Positions 1 through 7,379 of a DNA stretch of 64,000 nucleotides are shown in pieces. The notes below the pieces were generated by a model. The model was not told the origin of the DNA. It saw only the letters and a list, made by a program, of their open reading frames with translations, and searched no databases. The stretch is from positions 1,057 through 65,056 of the forward strand of contig CALMRC010000051.1 in assembly GCA_937873275.1 (NCBI GenBank). Reading direction: 5' to 3'. Position 1 is the stretch's first letter, and the number at the start of each line of letters is the position of its first letter. The DNA comes from an uncultured Spirochaetota bacterium (GTDB lineage Bacteria; Spirochaetota; Spirochaetia; Treponematales; UBA12059). The translations under genes were made by a program, and so were the position numbers.

Positions 1-224
1 GCCGGAGCTCCCCAGAAAAGGCCGTGGTGCACGAACAGCACCTGGGCCCCCTCCTCCGCCGCCCGGCGGATCGTCTCCGCGCAGCCGTCCACCGCGAAGG
101 CCACCCGGGTCACGGGCCCCGCACTTCGACCCACCTGGACCCCGTTCAGGGAATCGTCGATCTTCCGGAACGCTTCGATCTCCAGAAAGGACCGGCACCA
201 GGAATCCAGCTCGGACAGGTTCAT
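1..224 (-). CDS. NIF3-family (YbgI / GTP cyclohydrolase 1 type 2-like) protein, N-terminal fragment running off the window
   Basis: Hand translation of minus strand from ATG at 222-224: MNLSELDSWCRSFLEIEAFRKIDDSLNGVQVGRSAGPVTRVAFAVDGCAETIRRAAEEGAQVLFVHHGLFWG. This fits the NIF3 N-terminal pattern. It is absent from the ORF track because it is truncated. Confidence 0.55.
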   Translation of the reverse strand, partial: MNLSELDSWCRSFLEIEAFRKIDDSLNGVQVGRSAGPVTRVAFAVDGCAETIRRAAEEGAQVLFVHHGLFWGAP

Positions 225-320
225 GGTTAGAGTATATCGGCTCGGGACCGCGGGGTCCAGGAGGGTGACGTCCTGAATCCCGTGCCGCCCTCCGGGTACA
301 TGCCGCGAGACACGGTAGCC

Positions 321-959
321 TCAGCGGTTCCCGGGAAAAAACCTGCGGATCGGGTTGATCCCCAGGCGGACCAGGAAATACAGGTAGGCGAATCCGAACC
401 CGGCCAGATGCGTCAGGTGGGCCACGCCGCTCCGGAAGGAGAAGAGCTGGGAGGCGATCTCGATGCCCGTGTAGGCCAGGACCAGGACCGGGGCCCGGAC
501 GGGCAGGATACCCCACACATAGATGGTCGAGCCCGGAAACAGGGCGGCGAAGGCCAGGAGGACCGCGTAAATCGCACCGGAGGCCCCGATCAGGAAGGTG
601 ACCCAGGCTCCCGCGGCCGCGTATGCGGCGAAGGAGAAGGCTCCCGCCAGCACACCCGTCAGGAGGTAGAACAGAAGGAATTCCTTGGACCCCAGTTCCC
701 GCTCCACGTGGGTCCCGAAGAAGAAAAGCCCGAGCATGTTGAAGAAGAGGTGGGAGATTCCCCCGTGGGCGAACATGTACGTGAACAGCAGCCAGATCCG
801 CCCTTGGACCACGTAGGCGGGAACCATGGCCAGGTTCACCAGAAACCGCGGGGACACCTGGGTGAGCAGGAAGACGCCCACGTTCACGGCGATAAGCACC
901 AGGGTCGCGTTATGGAAATCGTACCGAAAAGGGCGGCGCAGGATAGAAGGGCTTCGCAT
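321..959 (-). CDS. rhomboid-family intramembrane serine protease
   Basis: 212-aa ORF made of hydrophobic helices. Catalytic-type motifs GASGAIYAVL (GxSG) and FAHGGISHLFFNM (His) are present. Confidence 0.85.
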   Translation of the reverse strand: MRSPSILRRPFRYDFHNATLVLIAVNVGVFLLTQVSPRFLVNLAMVPAYVVQGRIWLLFTYMFAHGGISHLFFNMLGLFFFGTHVERELGSKEFLLFYLLTGVLAGAFSFAAYAAAGAWVTFLIGASGAIYAVLLAFAALFPGSTIYVWGILPVRAPVLVLAYTGIEIASQLFSFRSGVAHLTHLAGFGFAYLYFLVRLGINPIRRFFPGNR

Positions 960-963
960 GGTC

Positions 964-969
964 TATAAT
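964..969 (+). promoter_or_regulatory. perfect TATAAT -10 hexamer in the rhomboid / small-CDS divergent region
   Basis: TATAAT on the plus strand. On the minus strand, TACATT (972-967) lies 7 nt before the rhomboid ATG and there is no SD. Confidence 0.4.
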
Positions 970-1023
970 GTACGGAGAATCCCCGGCCGGTTCAACCCGG
1001 ACGGGACCCCGGGAGTGTTTTCG

Positions 1024-1275
1024 ATGCCGTCCGGCCTTCCGCCGTCCCGAGCCCCCAACTGCCTCGCCTGCCGGCATTTCATCGTCACCTGGGAGCCCGC
1101 GTACCCCCGGGGCTGCGAGGTCTTCGGCATCAAGTCCCGGAACCTGCCCTCGGCGGAGGTCTTCGCGGCCACGGGACTCCATTGTCCGGCCTTCGAGGCC
1201 ATCGAGCCCAAGGAGCGCCGGAACGACAACCCTACCGGCGACGCGGGGAACCCGGACGAGGGAATCTGGGCTTAA
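1024..1275 (+). CDS. small Cys-rich hypothetical protein (start uncertain, could be 958)
   Basis: In-frame part of ORF 826..1275. GGGAG lies 8 nt before ATG 1024 and GC3 bias is strong. Cys pattern is CLAC...C...C. A hairpin plus TTTT follows. No family recognised. Confidence 0.4.
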   Translation: MPSGLPPSRAPNCLACRHFIVTWEPAYPRGCEVFGIKSRNLPSAEVFAATGLHCPAFEAIEPKERRNDNPTGDAGNPDEGIWA

Positions 1276-1319
1276 ACAACAGCCGCCCCGCAGGGTGGCC
1301 GTCGTTTTAGGCGCCGGGC
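1274..1319. repeat. terminator hairpin + 11-12 nt copy of the tRNA-Cys 3' end (module 1)
   Basis: AACAACAGCCGCCCCGCAGGGTGGCCGTCGTTTTAGGCGCCGGGC parallels 1549-1600. It also serves as a plus-strand terminator after the small CDS. Confidence 0.6.
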
Positions 1320-1364
1320 TCCATGGGGCGCTTCGCGCCCCTTTCCGAGAGGAATTTGTTGTTG

Positions 1365-1423
1365 TGCGCCTAAACGAAGAGCCCCCTGTCGGGGGCTTTT
1401 CGTTTAGGCGCCGGGCGGAATCG
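1365..1423. repeat. terminator-like hairpin + 18-nt exact copy of tRNA-Cys 3' end incl. discriminator (module 2)
   Basis: AGGCGCCGGGCGGAATCG at 1406-1423 is identical to 1586-1603. It is preceded by the long hairpin GCGCCTAAACGAAGAGCCCC/GGGGCTTTTCGTTTAGGCGC. Confidence 0.65.
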
Positions 1424-1547
1424 TCCTCCAGCCCTCGACTTCCTGTCTCGGGCTTCCGGACCGCCTCCGCTCGCTTCCGCGCGCATCCTGCGCGCTCATC
1501 CTCGCTCCGCTCGGCGCTCGCTTCGGTTCGATTCCGCCCTCGCCTCG

Positions 1548-1585
1548 ATAAAACGACAGCCGCCCCAAAGGGCGGCTGTCGTTTT
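1548..1585 (-). terminator. rho-independent terminator after tRNA-Cys (bidirectional shape)
   Basis: AAAACGACAGCCGCC-CCAAAG-GGCGGCTGTCGTTTT, with U-tracts possible on both strands. Confidence 0.7.
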
Positions 1586-1586
1586 A

Positions 1587-1657
1587 GGCGCCGGGCGGAA
1601 TCGAACCGCCGCATGAAGGTTTTGCAGACCTCTCCCTTACCGCTTGGGTACGGCGCC
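1587..1657 (-). tRNA. tRNA-Cys (anticodon GCA), CCA not encoded
   Basis: Reverse complement GGCGCCGTACCCAAGCGGTAAGGGAGAGGTCTGCAAAACCTTCATGCGGCGGTTCGATTCCGCCCGGCGCC folds by hand. Acceptor stem is a perfect 7 bp, the anticodon stem is 5 bp with loop CTGCAAA, and the T arm is GGCGG/TTCGATT/CCGCC. Confidence 0.9.
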
Positions 1658-1761
1658 ATGCGCGATAGCGCATTTTTAAATCACTTCCTCACGCCGCGCG
1701 ATTACTATCGCACGGCGCCATGTGCTTGACGAATATACGAAAACGGGGCGTCTTTGTAAAG

Positions 1762-1788
1762 CCCGGCCGCCCCGACGGGGCGGCCGGC
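1762..1788 (-). terminator. GC-rich hairpin downstream of secF
   Basis: CCGGCCGCCCC-GAC-GGGGCGGCCGG, followed on the minus strand by CTTTACAAAG (a weak U-tract). Confidence 0.45.
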
Positions 1789-1807
1789 TATTCATCGAAT
1801 CTCGTTC

Positions 1808-3070
1808 CTACTTGGCCGGTTTGAGTACCGGGGCGGCTCCGGGCTTCTTGGCCGCCGGCGCCGTACCCTGGGTCTTCTTGCGCTTCTCCGCCTGGTCGTT
1901 CCAGAACGCGACGAAGGCGGTGGCGATGAAGACCGTCGAGTACGTTCCGGAGATCATGCCCACGAAGAGGGCCAGGGCGAAGTCCTGGATGCTTCCGGTG
2001 GTGAAGATGTACAGGGCCAGCACCGCCAGCAGGGTGGTGACCGTGGTGATCACGGTCCGCCCCAGGGTCTCGGTGATGGACTTGTTCAACACCGAGTGGA
2101 AGGGCTCCGTGGGAAGAAGCCTCCGGTCCTCCCGGATCCGGTCGAAGATGACGATGGTGTCGTTGATCGAGTAACCCAGGATCGTCAGGATGGCCGCCAG
2201 GGTGGAGGTGTTGAACTCGATCCGGGTCCAGACGATGAAGGTGATCATGATCAGGGCGTCGTGGAGGATGGCCAGGACCGCTCCCAGGGCGTACTGGATC
2301 TTGAACCGCACGGTGGCGTAGATCAGGATCGCCAGCACGGTGAAGAGGGTCAGCTTCCAGGCGTTGTCCGCCAGGTCCTTGGAGAACCGGGCGCCCACGA
2401 AGTCCGTCTTCATGACCGCCACGCGGCCGGCGCCGAACTCGGCCTCCAGGGCCGTGCGGATGCGCTCCGCGCTGGTGGTGCTGAATTTCGGGTCCGACCC
2501 GTCATCCCGGAGCCGGATGATGTACTGCTGGCGGAGCCGCTCCCCCACGCTCTGCACGGAAACGGAGCCGATGGTCGACGCGGCGGTCCGGACCTTGTCC
2601 ATCCCCGCGTAGTACTCGGCCTCGGTCTCGGGCTCCCGGGAGAGGCGGGCGGCTTCGGCGGTCAGCCGGATGTCCCCCTGGTAGGTCGGGACCAGGCCGG
2701 TCGCGGGCTTGCCCCCGCCGTCGGTGACCCGGGCGGATATGCCGGGCTGGGAGGACAGGGCCGCGGCCAGGTCCGCCAGGTTGCCGGCGGTCGCCAGGTC
2801 GTACTCGATGGTCTTGTTCTCTACGTCCGCCCCGGAGAATACCAGGACGGCCCGCGTATCGGTCACGGAGAACACCGCGTTCCCGGCGCCGGAGTAGGAT
2901 ACTTCCAGGGCCGGGTAGACCATCTGGACATACTGGTTGATTCCGGCCTGGAAGTCCACGCCCAGGTTGATGCCCTTCGTGGCCAGGCCGAAGATTCCGA
3001 AGGCTATCAGCGCGACGGAGATGAGCGCGGCGGCAAGGAATCCTCGGTCGAATCGAATCACGCGCTTCAT
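1808..3070 (-). CDS. secF: protein-export membrane protein SecF
   Basis: 420 aa with SecF block YSINDTIVIFDRIRED and a multi-TM C-terminus. It has a 4-nt overlap with secD. Confidence 0.9.
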   Translation of the reverse strand: MKRVIRFDRGFLAAALISVALIAFGIFGLATKGINLGVDFQAGINQYVQMVYPALEVSYSGAGNAVFSVTDTRAVLVFSGADVENKTIEYDLATAGNLADLAAALSSQPGISARVTDGGGKPATGLVPTYQGDIRLTAEAARLSREPETEAEYYAGMDKVRTAASTIGSVSVQSVGERLRQQYIIRLRDDGSDPKFSTTSAERIRTALEAEFGAGRVAVMKTDFVGARFSKDLADNAWKLTLFTVLAILIYATVRFKIQYALGAVLAILHDALIMITFIVWTRIEFNTSTLAAILTILGYSINDTIVIFDRIREDRRLLPTEPFHSVLNKSITETLGRTVITTVTTLLAVLALYIFTTGSIQDFALALFVGMISGTYSTVFIATAFVAFWNDQAEKRKKTQGTAPAAKKPGAAPVLKPAK

Positions 3071-4791
3071 TTGATCCTCCAGCTGATGGAAACTCCCTTG
3101 AGCCCCCGGTCCGTTCCGAAGTCGAAGAGGAGCCGGGACACGAAGAGGGAGGTGAACAAGGAGGAGAGGTTACCGATGGCCAGGCTGACCGCGAAGCCCT
3201 GGATGGGACCCGAGCCGAGCTGGGCCAGGAAAAGCGCCGCGATGATCGTGGTCAGGTTTCCGTCCATGACGGCCCAGAAAGCCTTGTCGAAGCCCGCCTC
3301 GATCGAGGCCCTTCGGCCCTTGCCCGCCCGGAGCTCCTCCTTGATGCGTTCGAAGATGATCACGTTGGCGTCCACCGACATGCCCACGGTCAGCACGAAC
3401 CCCGCGATGGCCGGCAGGGTCAGGGTCAGGTTGAACCCCGACAGGATGGACAGCATGAGGTAGAGGTTCACCACCTGGGCCAGGGCCGCGTTGATGCCCG
3501 CGCCCTTGTAGTAGAGCAGCATGAAGGCCATGACCGCGAGCAGTCCGATGACCACCGCGCGCTTGCCCTCCTCGATGGAATCCTCGCCCAGGGAGGCGCC
3601 GATGGCCTGCTGGCTCTCCACGATCAGCTCGACCGGCAGGGCGGCGGAACGCAGGATCAAGGCCAGGTTCGCGGACTCCTCGACGCTGAAGCCCGTCATG
3701 CGGACGGATTCCCGGATCGCCTCGGAGATGCGGGCCCCCGCCTTGATGCGGTCGTCCAGGACCACGGCCAGGGTCTTGCCCACGTTGGCGCTGGTCAGGG
3801 CGTAGAAGATCTCGCCGCCCTCGTTGTCCAGGACGAAGATGATGTTGGGCTCCCCGGTGATCGGGTCGTTGGTCCGCTCGGCCCTCTGGATGTGGTTGCC
3901 GTCCAGGCCGGGCTGTTCGGTGATCACCAGGTACCGGCCCGTCCACTCGTCCAGACCGTACTTGTCCTTCTTGTAGAACTTGCGAACCACGTTGCCCGCC
4001 GGGATGATGGAGGGATCCGCCACGTTGAGGTCCGTGTCGATCCCCGTCGGGTTGGTGGCGAGATACTCGTTGAGCCGGGTGGTCGCCTCGTCATCCACGA
4101 TGTGGAAGGCCAGTCGGCCGCGGCCCATGATGATGGAGTTGATGCGTTCCGGGTCCGCGGCTCCGGGTATCTCGACGTAGATCCCGTCCTCGCCCTGCCG
4201 CCGGATCACCGGTTCGGTGAGGCCGAACTTGTCGATCCGGTTGTTGAGGACCTCCAGGGCCCGGGACATGGCTTCCTCCCGCTCCGAGAGGGACAGGGAG
4301 TGCCCGAGCTTGGCTTCCAGGGCGGGCAGGTCGGCGCGGATCACCACGCTCATGCCGCCGGAAAGGTCCAGGCCCAACTGGACCACCGTGTTCTGAAGGT
4401 TCTTGAGCTTCTGGATCCGGGTCCGGTACCGGTCCTCGATGTCCGACATCGCCGACTTGCGGGAGTCGTACGCCGCCAGGACGGTCTTGGCGGTCCAGGA
4501 CGCGGGCACCGGGCGGCCCAGTTCCTTGTACAGCTTCTTGGCCCGGTCGGCCATCCACTCGATGCCCGCCGGAAGGGGCTGGTCTCCGGAGGCCCGGGCG
4601 GCCTTTTCCAGCTCCGCCAGGTCGTTCCGGGCCATGCGCCAGGCGTATTCCCGGATCTGCTCGCTGGAACCGGTGGCCAGGATCTTCTCGTCCTTGGGGA
4701 TGAAGAAGTACCACTGGATGGACGGCAGCAGGAATAGGAAGGCCAGGGCAAGCACGACGAGCACGACGATCGTGCGCTTCGTTTTGTTCAT
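3067..4791 (-). CDS. secD: protein-export membrane protein SecD
   Basis: 574 aa with an N-terminal TM, a large periplasmic domain and block GMSVDANVIIFERIKEEL. GGAG RBS. Confidence 0.9.
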   Translation of the reverse strand: MNKTKRTIVVLVVLALAFLFLLPSIQWYFFIPKDEKILATGSSEQIREYAWRMARNDLAELEKAARASGDQPLPAGIEWMADRAKKLYKELGRPVPASWTAKTVLAAYDSRKSAMSDIEDRYRTRIQKLKNLQNTVVQLGLDLSGGMSVVIRADLPALEAKLGHSLSLSEREEAMSRALEVLNNRIDKFGLTEPVIRRQGEDGIYVEIPGAADPERINSIIMGRGRLAFHIVDDEATTRLNEYLATNPTGIDTDLNVADPSIIPAGNVVRKFYKKDKYGLDEWTGRYLVITEQPGLDGNHIQRAERTNDPITGEPNIIFVLDNEGGEIFYALTSANVGKTLAVVLDDRIKAGARISEAIRESVRMTGFSVEESANLALILRSAALPVELIVESQQAIGASLGEDSIEEGKRAVVIGLLAVMAFMLLYYKGAGINAALAQVVNLYLMLSILSGFNLTLTLPAIAGFVLTVGMSVDANVIIFERIKEELRAGKGRRASIEAGFDKAFWAVMDGNLTTIIAALFLAQLGSGPIQGFAVSLAIGNLSSLFTSLFVSRLLFDFGTDRGLKGVSISWRIK

Positions 4792-4857
4792 TGGAAAACT
4801 CCAGTCGTCACGAGGATGGGGTGCCGCAGGGGGCGCCGGGGAGGCGCCCCGGCGGGA

Positions 4858-5235
4858 TTATTTCGCGGCTTCCTCGCCCTTGTCGGAGCCCGCCTTCTCG
4901 GCGCTTTCCTTGGAGGAATCCCGGTTGAGGACCGTCGCGATCGCGGATTTGGAGAACTCGATCTTGCAGGCGTCGTCGACCTTGACGACCACGGTTCCGC
5001 CTTCCTTCACGGCGTGGACGACCCCGTGGATGCCCCCGATGGTGACGATCTTGTCGCCCTTCTGGATGCCCGCGAGCATCTTCTGGAGTTCCTTCTGCTT
5101 CTTGTTCTGGGGCCGGATGATGAGGAAGTAGAAGATCACGAAGATGAGGCCGAACATCACGATCGTGGACATCATGGATCCCGTGGTGCCGGCGGGAGCC
5201 TGAAGCACGGGAAGGGTGGTAAGCAGACTATTCAT
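4858..5235 (-). CDS. yajC: preprotein translocase subunit YajC
   Basis: 125 aa with a single TM followed by the YajC core IRPQNKKQKELQKMLAGIQKGDKIVTIGGIHG. It lies upstream of secDF. Confidence 0.85.
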   Translation of the reverse strand: MNSLLTTLPVLQAPAGTTGSMMSTIVMFGLIFVIFYFLIIRPQNKKQKELQKMLAGIQKGDKIVTIGGIHGVVHAVKEGGTVVVKVDDACKIEFSKSAIATVLNRDSSKESAEKAGSDKGEEAAK

Positions 5236-5301
5236 GAGCGCTTTCCTTAAGAGACAGAGTTAGCGAAAGGTACCACGGAAGGGGGGCTTGGTCAATCGGC
5301 A

Positions 5302-5426
5302 GTGGACGGTGGTCGGTGGACAGTGATCGGAAATGGTTGCCGATCGCGGCGTCCCATCACGCTTTGGCGTGGAACGCGGCCGACACCGTCGCCTCGCTTC
5401 CGTCCACCGCCCACAGTCCACCGTCT
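5302..5426. repeat. ~125-bp palindromic element with GGTGGAC-heptamer inverted ends (copy 1)
   Basis: Left end is GTGGAC GGTGGTC GGTGGAC and right end is GTCCACC GCCCACA GTCCACC. The inner block CGCTTCCGTCCACCGC is shared with the copy at 32971-33092. Confidence 0.65.
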
Positions 5427-6366
5427 ACTTCACCAGCCTCGTCCCCGCCTTGCCGGACGCCCCGGCCTGGGCGTGCTCGAGGTCCGTGATGACCACCTGG
5501 GAACCGCCCCTTTTGATGAAGTCCACGGCAGCCTCGATCTTGGGCCCCATGGACCCCTTGGGGAACTGCCCCTCGGCCATGTACTTCTCCGCCTCGGGGA
5601 CGGTCATGACGTCCAGGACCTTCTGGTCGGGCTTGCGGAAGTTGACGGCCACCTTCTCCACCCCCGTGAGGATGAGGAGTTCGTCGGCCTTAAGGAGGTT
5701 CGCCAGGAGGGCGCTGGCCCGGTCCTTGTCGATCACCGCGTCCACTCCCTCGTAGGTGCCGTCGGGGTTCCTGCAGACCGGGATGCCGCCGCCGCCCGCC
5801 GCGATCACCACCAGGCCGTCGTGGAGGAGGTCCCGTATGACCTCCGTCTCGACGATGTCCACCGGCAGGGGGGACGCCACCACGCGCCGGTGTCCCCGGC
5901 CCGGATCCTCCTTGACCACCCAACCCTTGGCCCGGCACTCCTCGATCTGCTCGGGGCGGATGAAGGGACCCACGTACTTGGTGGGATTCAGCATGGAGGG
6001 GTCGTTCTTGTCCACCACCACCTGGGTGACGACGGTCACGACGCTCTTCTTGATCCCCGTCTTGACCAGGGCGTTCACCAGGGACTGCTGGATCATGTAC
6101 CCGATGGATCCCTGGGTGTCCGCGACGATGACGTTCAGGGAGCTGGGGGGGACCTTGGCGGATCCGGCCTCGTTGCGGATCAGATGGACCCCCGCCTGGG
6201 GACCGTTCCCGTGGGTCAGGACCACCCGGTGGCCCTCCTTGATCAGTCCCACGATGGCGGCCATGCTCTTGCGGGTGTTCTCGAACTGCTGCTCCATCGT
6301 ACCCTCGGTGCCCTCCTCGATCAGGGCGTTGCCTCCCAGGGCCACGACGATGGTCTTCTCGCTCAT
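5425..6366 (-). CDS. arcC: carbamate kinase
   Basis: Start set at ATG 6364-6366 behind AAGGAAGG. N-terminus is MSEKTIVVALGGNALIEEG, an amino-acid-kinase fold typical of carbamate kinase. The longer ORF-track start is rejected. Confidence 0.85.
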   Translation of the reverse strand: MSEKTIVVALGGNALIEEGTEGTMEQQFENTRKSMAAIVGLIKEGHRVVLTHGNGPQAGVHLIRNEAGSAKVPPSSLNVIVADTQGSIGYMIQQSLVNALVKTGIKKSVVTVVTQVVVDKNDPSMLNPTKYVGPFIRPEQIEECRAKGWVVKEDPGRGHRRVVASPLPVDIVETEVIRDLLHDGLVVIAAGGGGIPVCRNPDGTYEGVDAVIDKDRASALLANLLKADELLILTGVEKVAVNFRKPDQKVLDVMTVPEAEKYMAEGQFPKGSMGPKIEAAVDFIKRGGSQVVITDLEHAQAGASGKAGTRLVK

Positions 6367-6499
6367 AGTACCTTCCTTTTTTGGGCGCGAGCCACGCCGG
6401 ATAGAGAAACGGAGCGTTAGTATATAGGTTCTTCCGGTCCCGAACAATATGCCCGCCCCGGAACCCCGGCCTCCCTAGGCCGCCGGGGCAGTTTCGCGC

Positions 6500-6505
6500 T
6501 ATCAT
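6500..6505 (+). promoter_or_regulatory. -10 box TATCAT 6 nt before ispH ATG (leaderless geometry)
   Basis: GCGCTATCATCGGGCCATG with no Shine-Dalgarno. Confidence 0.45.
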
Positions 6506-6511
6506 CGGGCC

Positions 6512-7378
6512 ATGATCGTCCTGAGAGCCGACACCCTGGGATACTGCATGGGGGTCCGCCGGGCCCTGGACCTGGCCGTCCGGACCGCGGAGACGGTATC
6601 CGACCGGCCCATCTACACCCTGGGCCCCCTCATCCACAACCCCCAGGCCGTGGAGGACCTCCGCCGCAGGGGAGTGGAAGTGCTCCCGGAGGGGGACGTG
6701 GACGGCCGCATCGCCGGGCGCACGGTGATCCTGCGGGCCCACGGCGTCTCCCCGACCCTCCGGTCCCGCATGGAATCCCTGGGGGCCCGGCTGGCCGACG
6801 CCACCTGCCCCCGGGTCCTGGCAAGCCAGCGGCGGGCTCGGCGCCTCCACGAGGCCGGCTACTCCGTCGTCCTGGTGGGGGACCGCAACCACGGGGAGAT
6901 CGTGGCCGTGACCGGCTGCGCCCCGGGTTGTTCCGTCGTGGGATCCCCGGAGGAGGCGGAAGCCCTGGACTTGTCCGAGCCCGTGGGTGTCCTGGCCCAG
7001 ACCACGGTGAGCGAGGAGGAATTCGACGCGGTCTGCCGGGTCCTCCGCTCCCGGTACTCCCGGTTGGAAATCGTGGACACCATCTGTCCGGCCACCCGGG
7101 AGCGCCAGGAATCCCTGGCCCGCCTGGCGGCCCGGGCGGAGGCGATCGTGGTCGTGGGAGGACGCTCCTCCGCGAACACGGCTCGGCTCTTCCGGGCCGC
7201 CCAAGCCCTGGGCCGTCCCGCCTGGCACATCGAGACCGCCGGGGAACTCCCGCCGGAGGTCTTCGGTTTCCGGGTCGTCGGATTGACCGCGGGGGCCAGC
7301 ACTCCGGACTCCATCATCGCCGAGGTGGAGGACGCCCTCCTGGGTCAAGCCCGGACGGATCCGGGGGCGGGACGCTAG
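6512..7378 (+). CDS. ispH: 4-hydroxy-3-methylbut-2-enyl diphosphate reductase
   Basis: 288 aa. The three IspH/LytB cluster cysteines sit in GYCMGV, DATCPRV and DTICPAT. Confidence 0.9.
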   Translation: MIVLRADTLGYCMGVRRALDLAVRTAETVSDRPIYTLGPLIHNPQAVEDLRRRGVEVLPEGDVDGRIAGRTVILRAHGVSPTLRSRMESLGARLADATCPRVLASQRRARRLHEAGYSVVLVGDRNHGEIVAVTGCAPGCSVVGSPEEAEALDLSEPVGVLAQTTVSEEEFDAVCRVLRSRYSRLEIVDTICPATRERQESLARLAARAEAIVVVGGRSSANTARLFRAAQALGRPAWHIETAGELPPEVFGFRVVGLTAGASTPDSIIAEVEDALLGQARTDPGAGR

Positions 7379-7379
7379 G

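Noticed and set aside
1519-1546. Plus-strand tRNA-like T-arm (CGGTTCGATTCCGCCC), suggesting a second tRNA gene.
   Set aside because: Only 3 bp of T-stem can pair. No acceptor, D or anticodon arms can be built from the upstream 70 nt. It is interpreted as an inverted fragment of tRNA-Cys.
5425-6366. Carbamate kinase as part of an arginine deiminase or other catabolic cluster.
   Set aside because: No arcA/arcB, allantoin or purine-fermentation partners are adjacent; the neighbours are yajC and ispH. It is an isolated gene, and nothing in the sequence supports a specific pathway claim.
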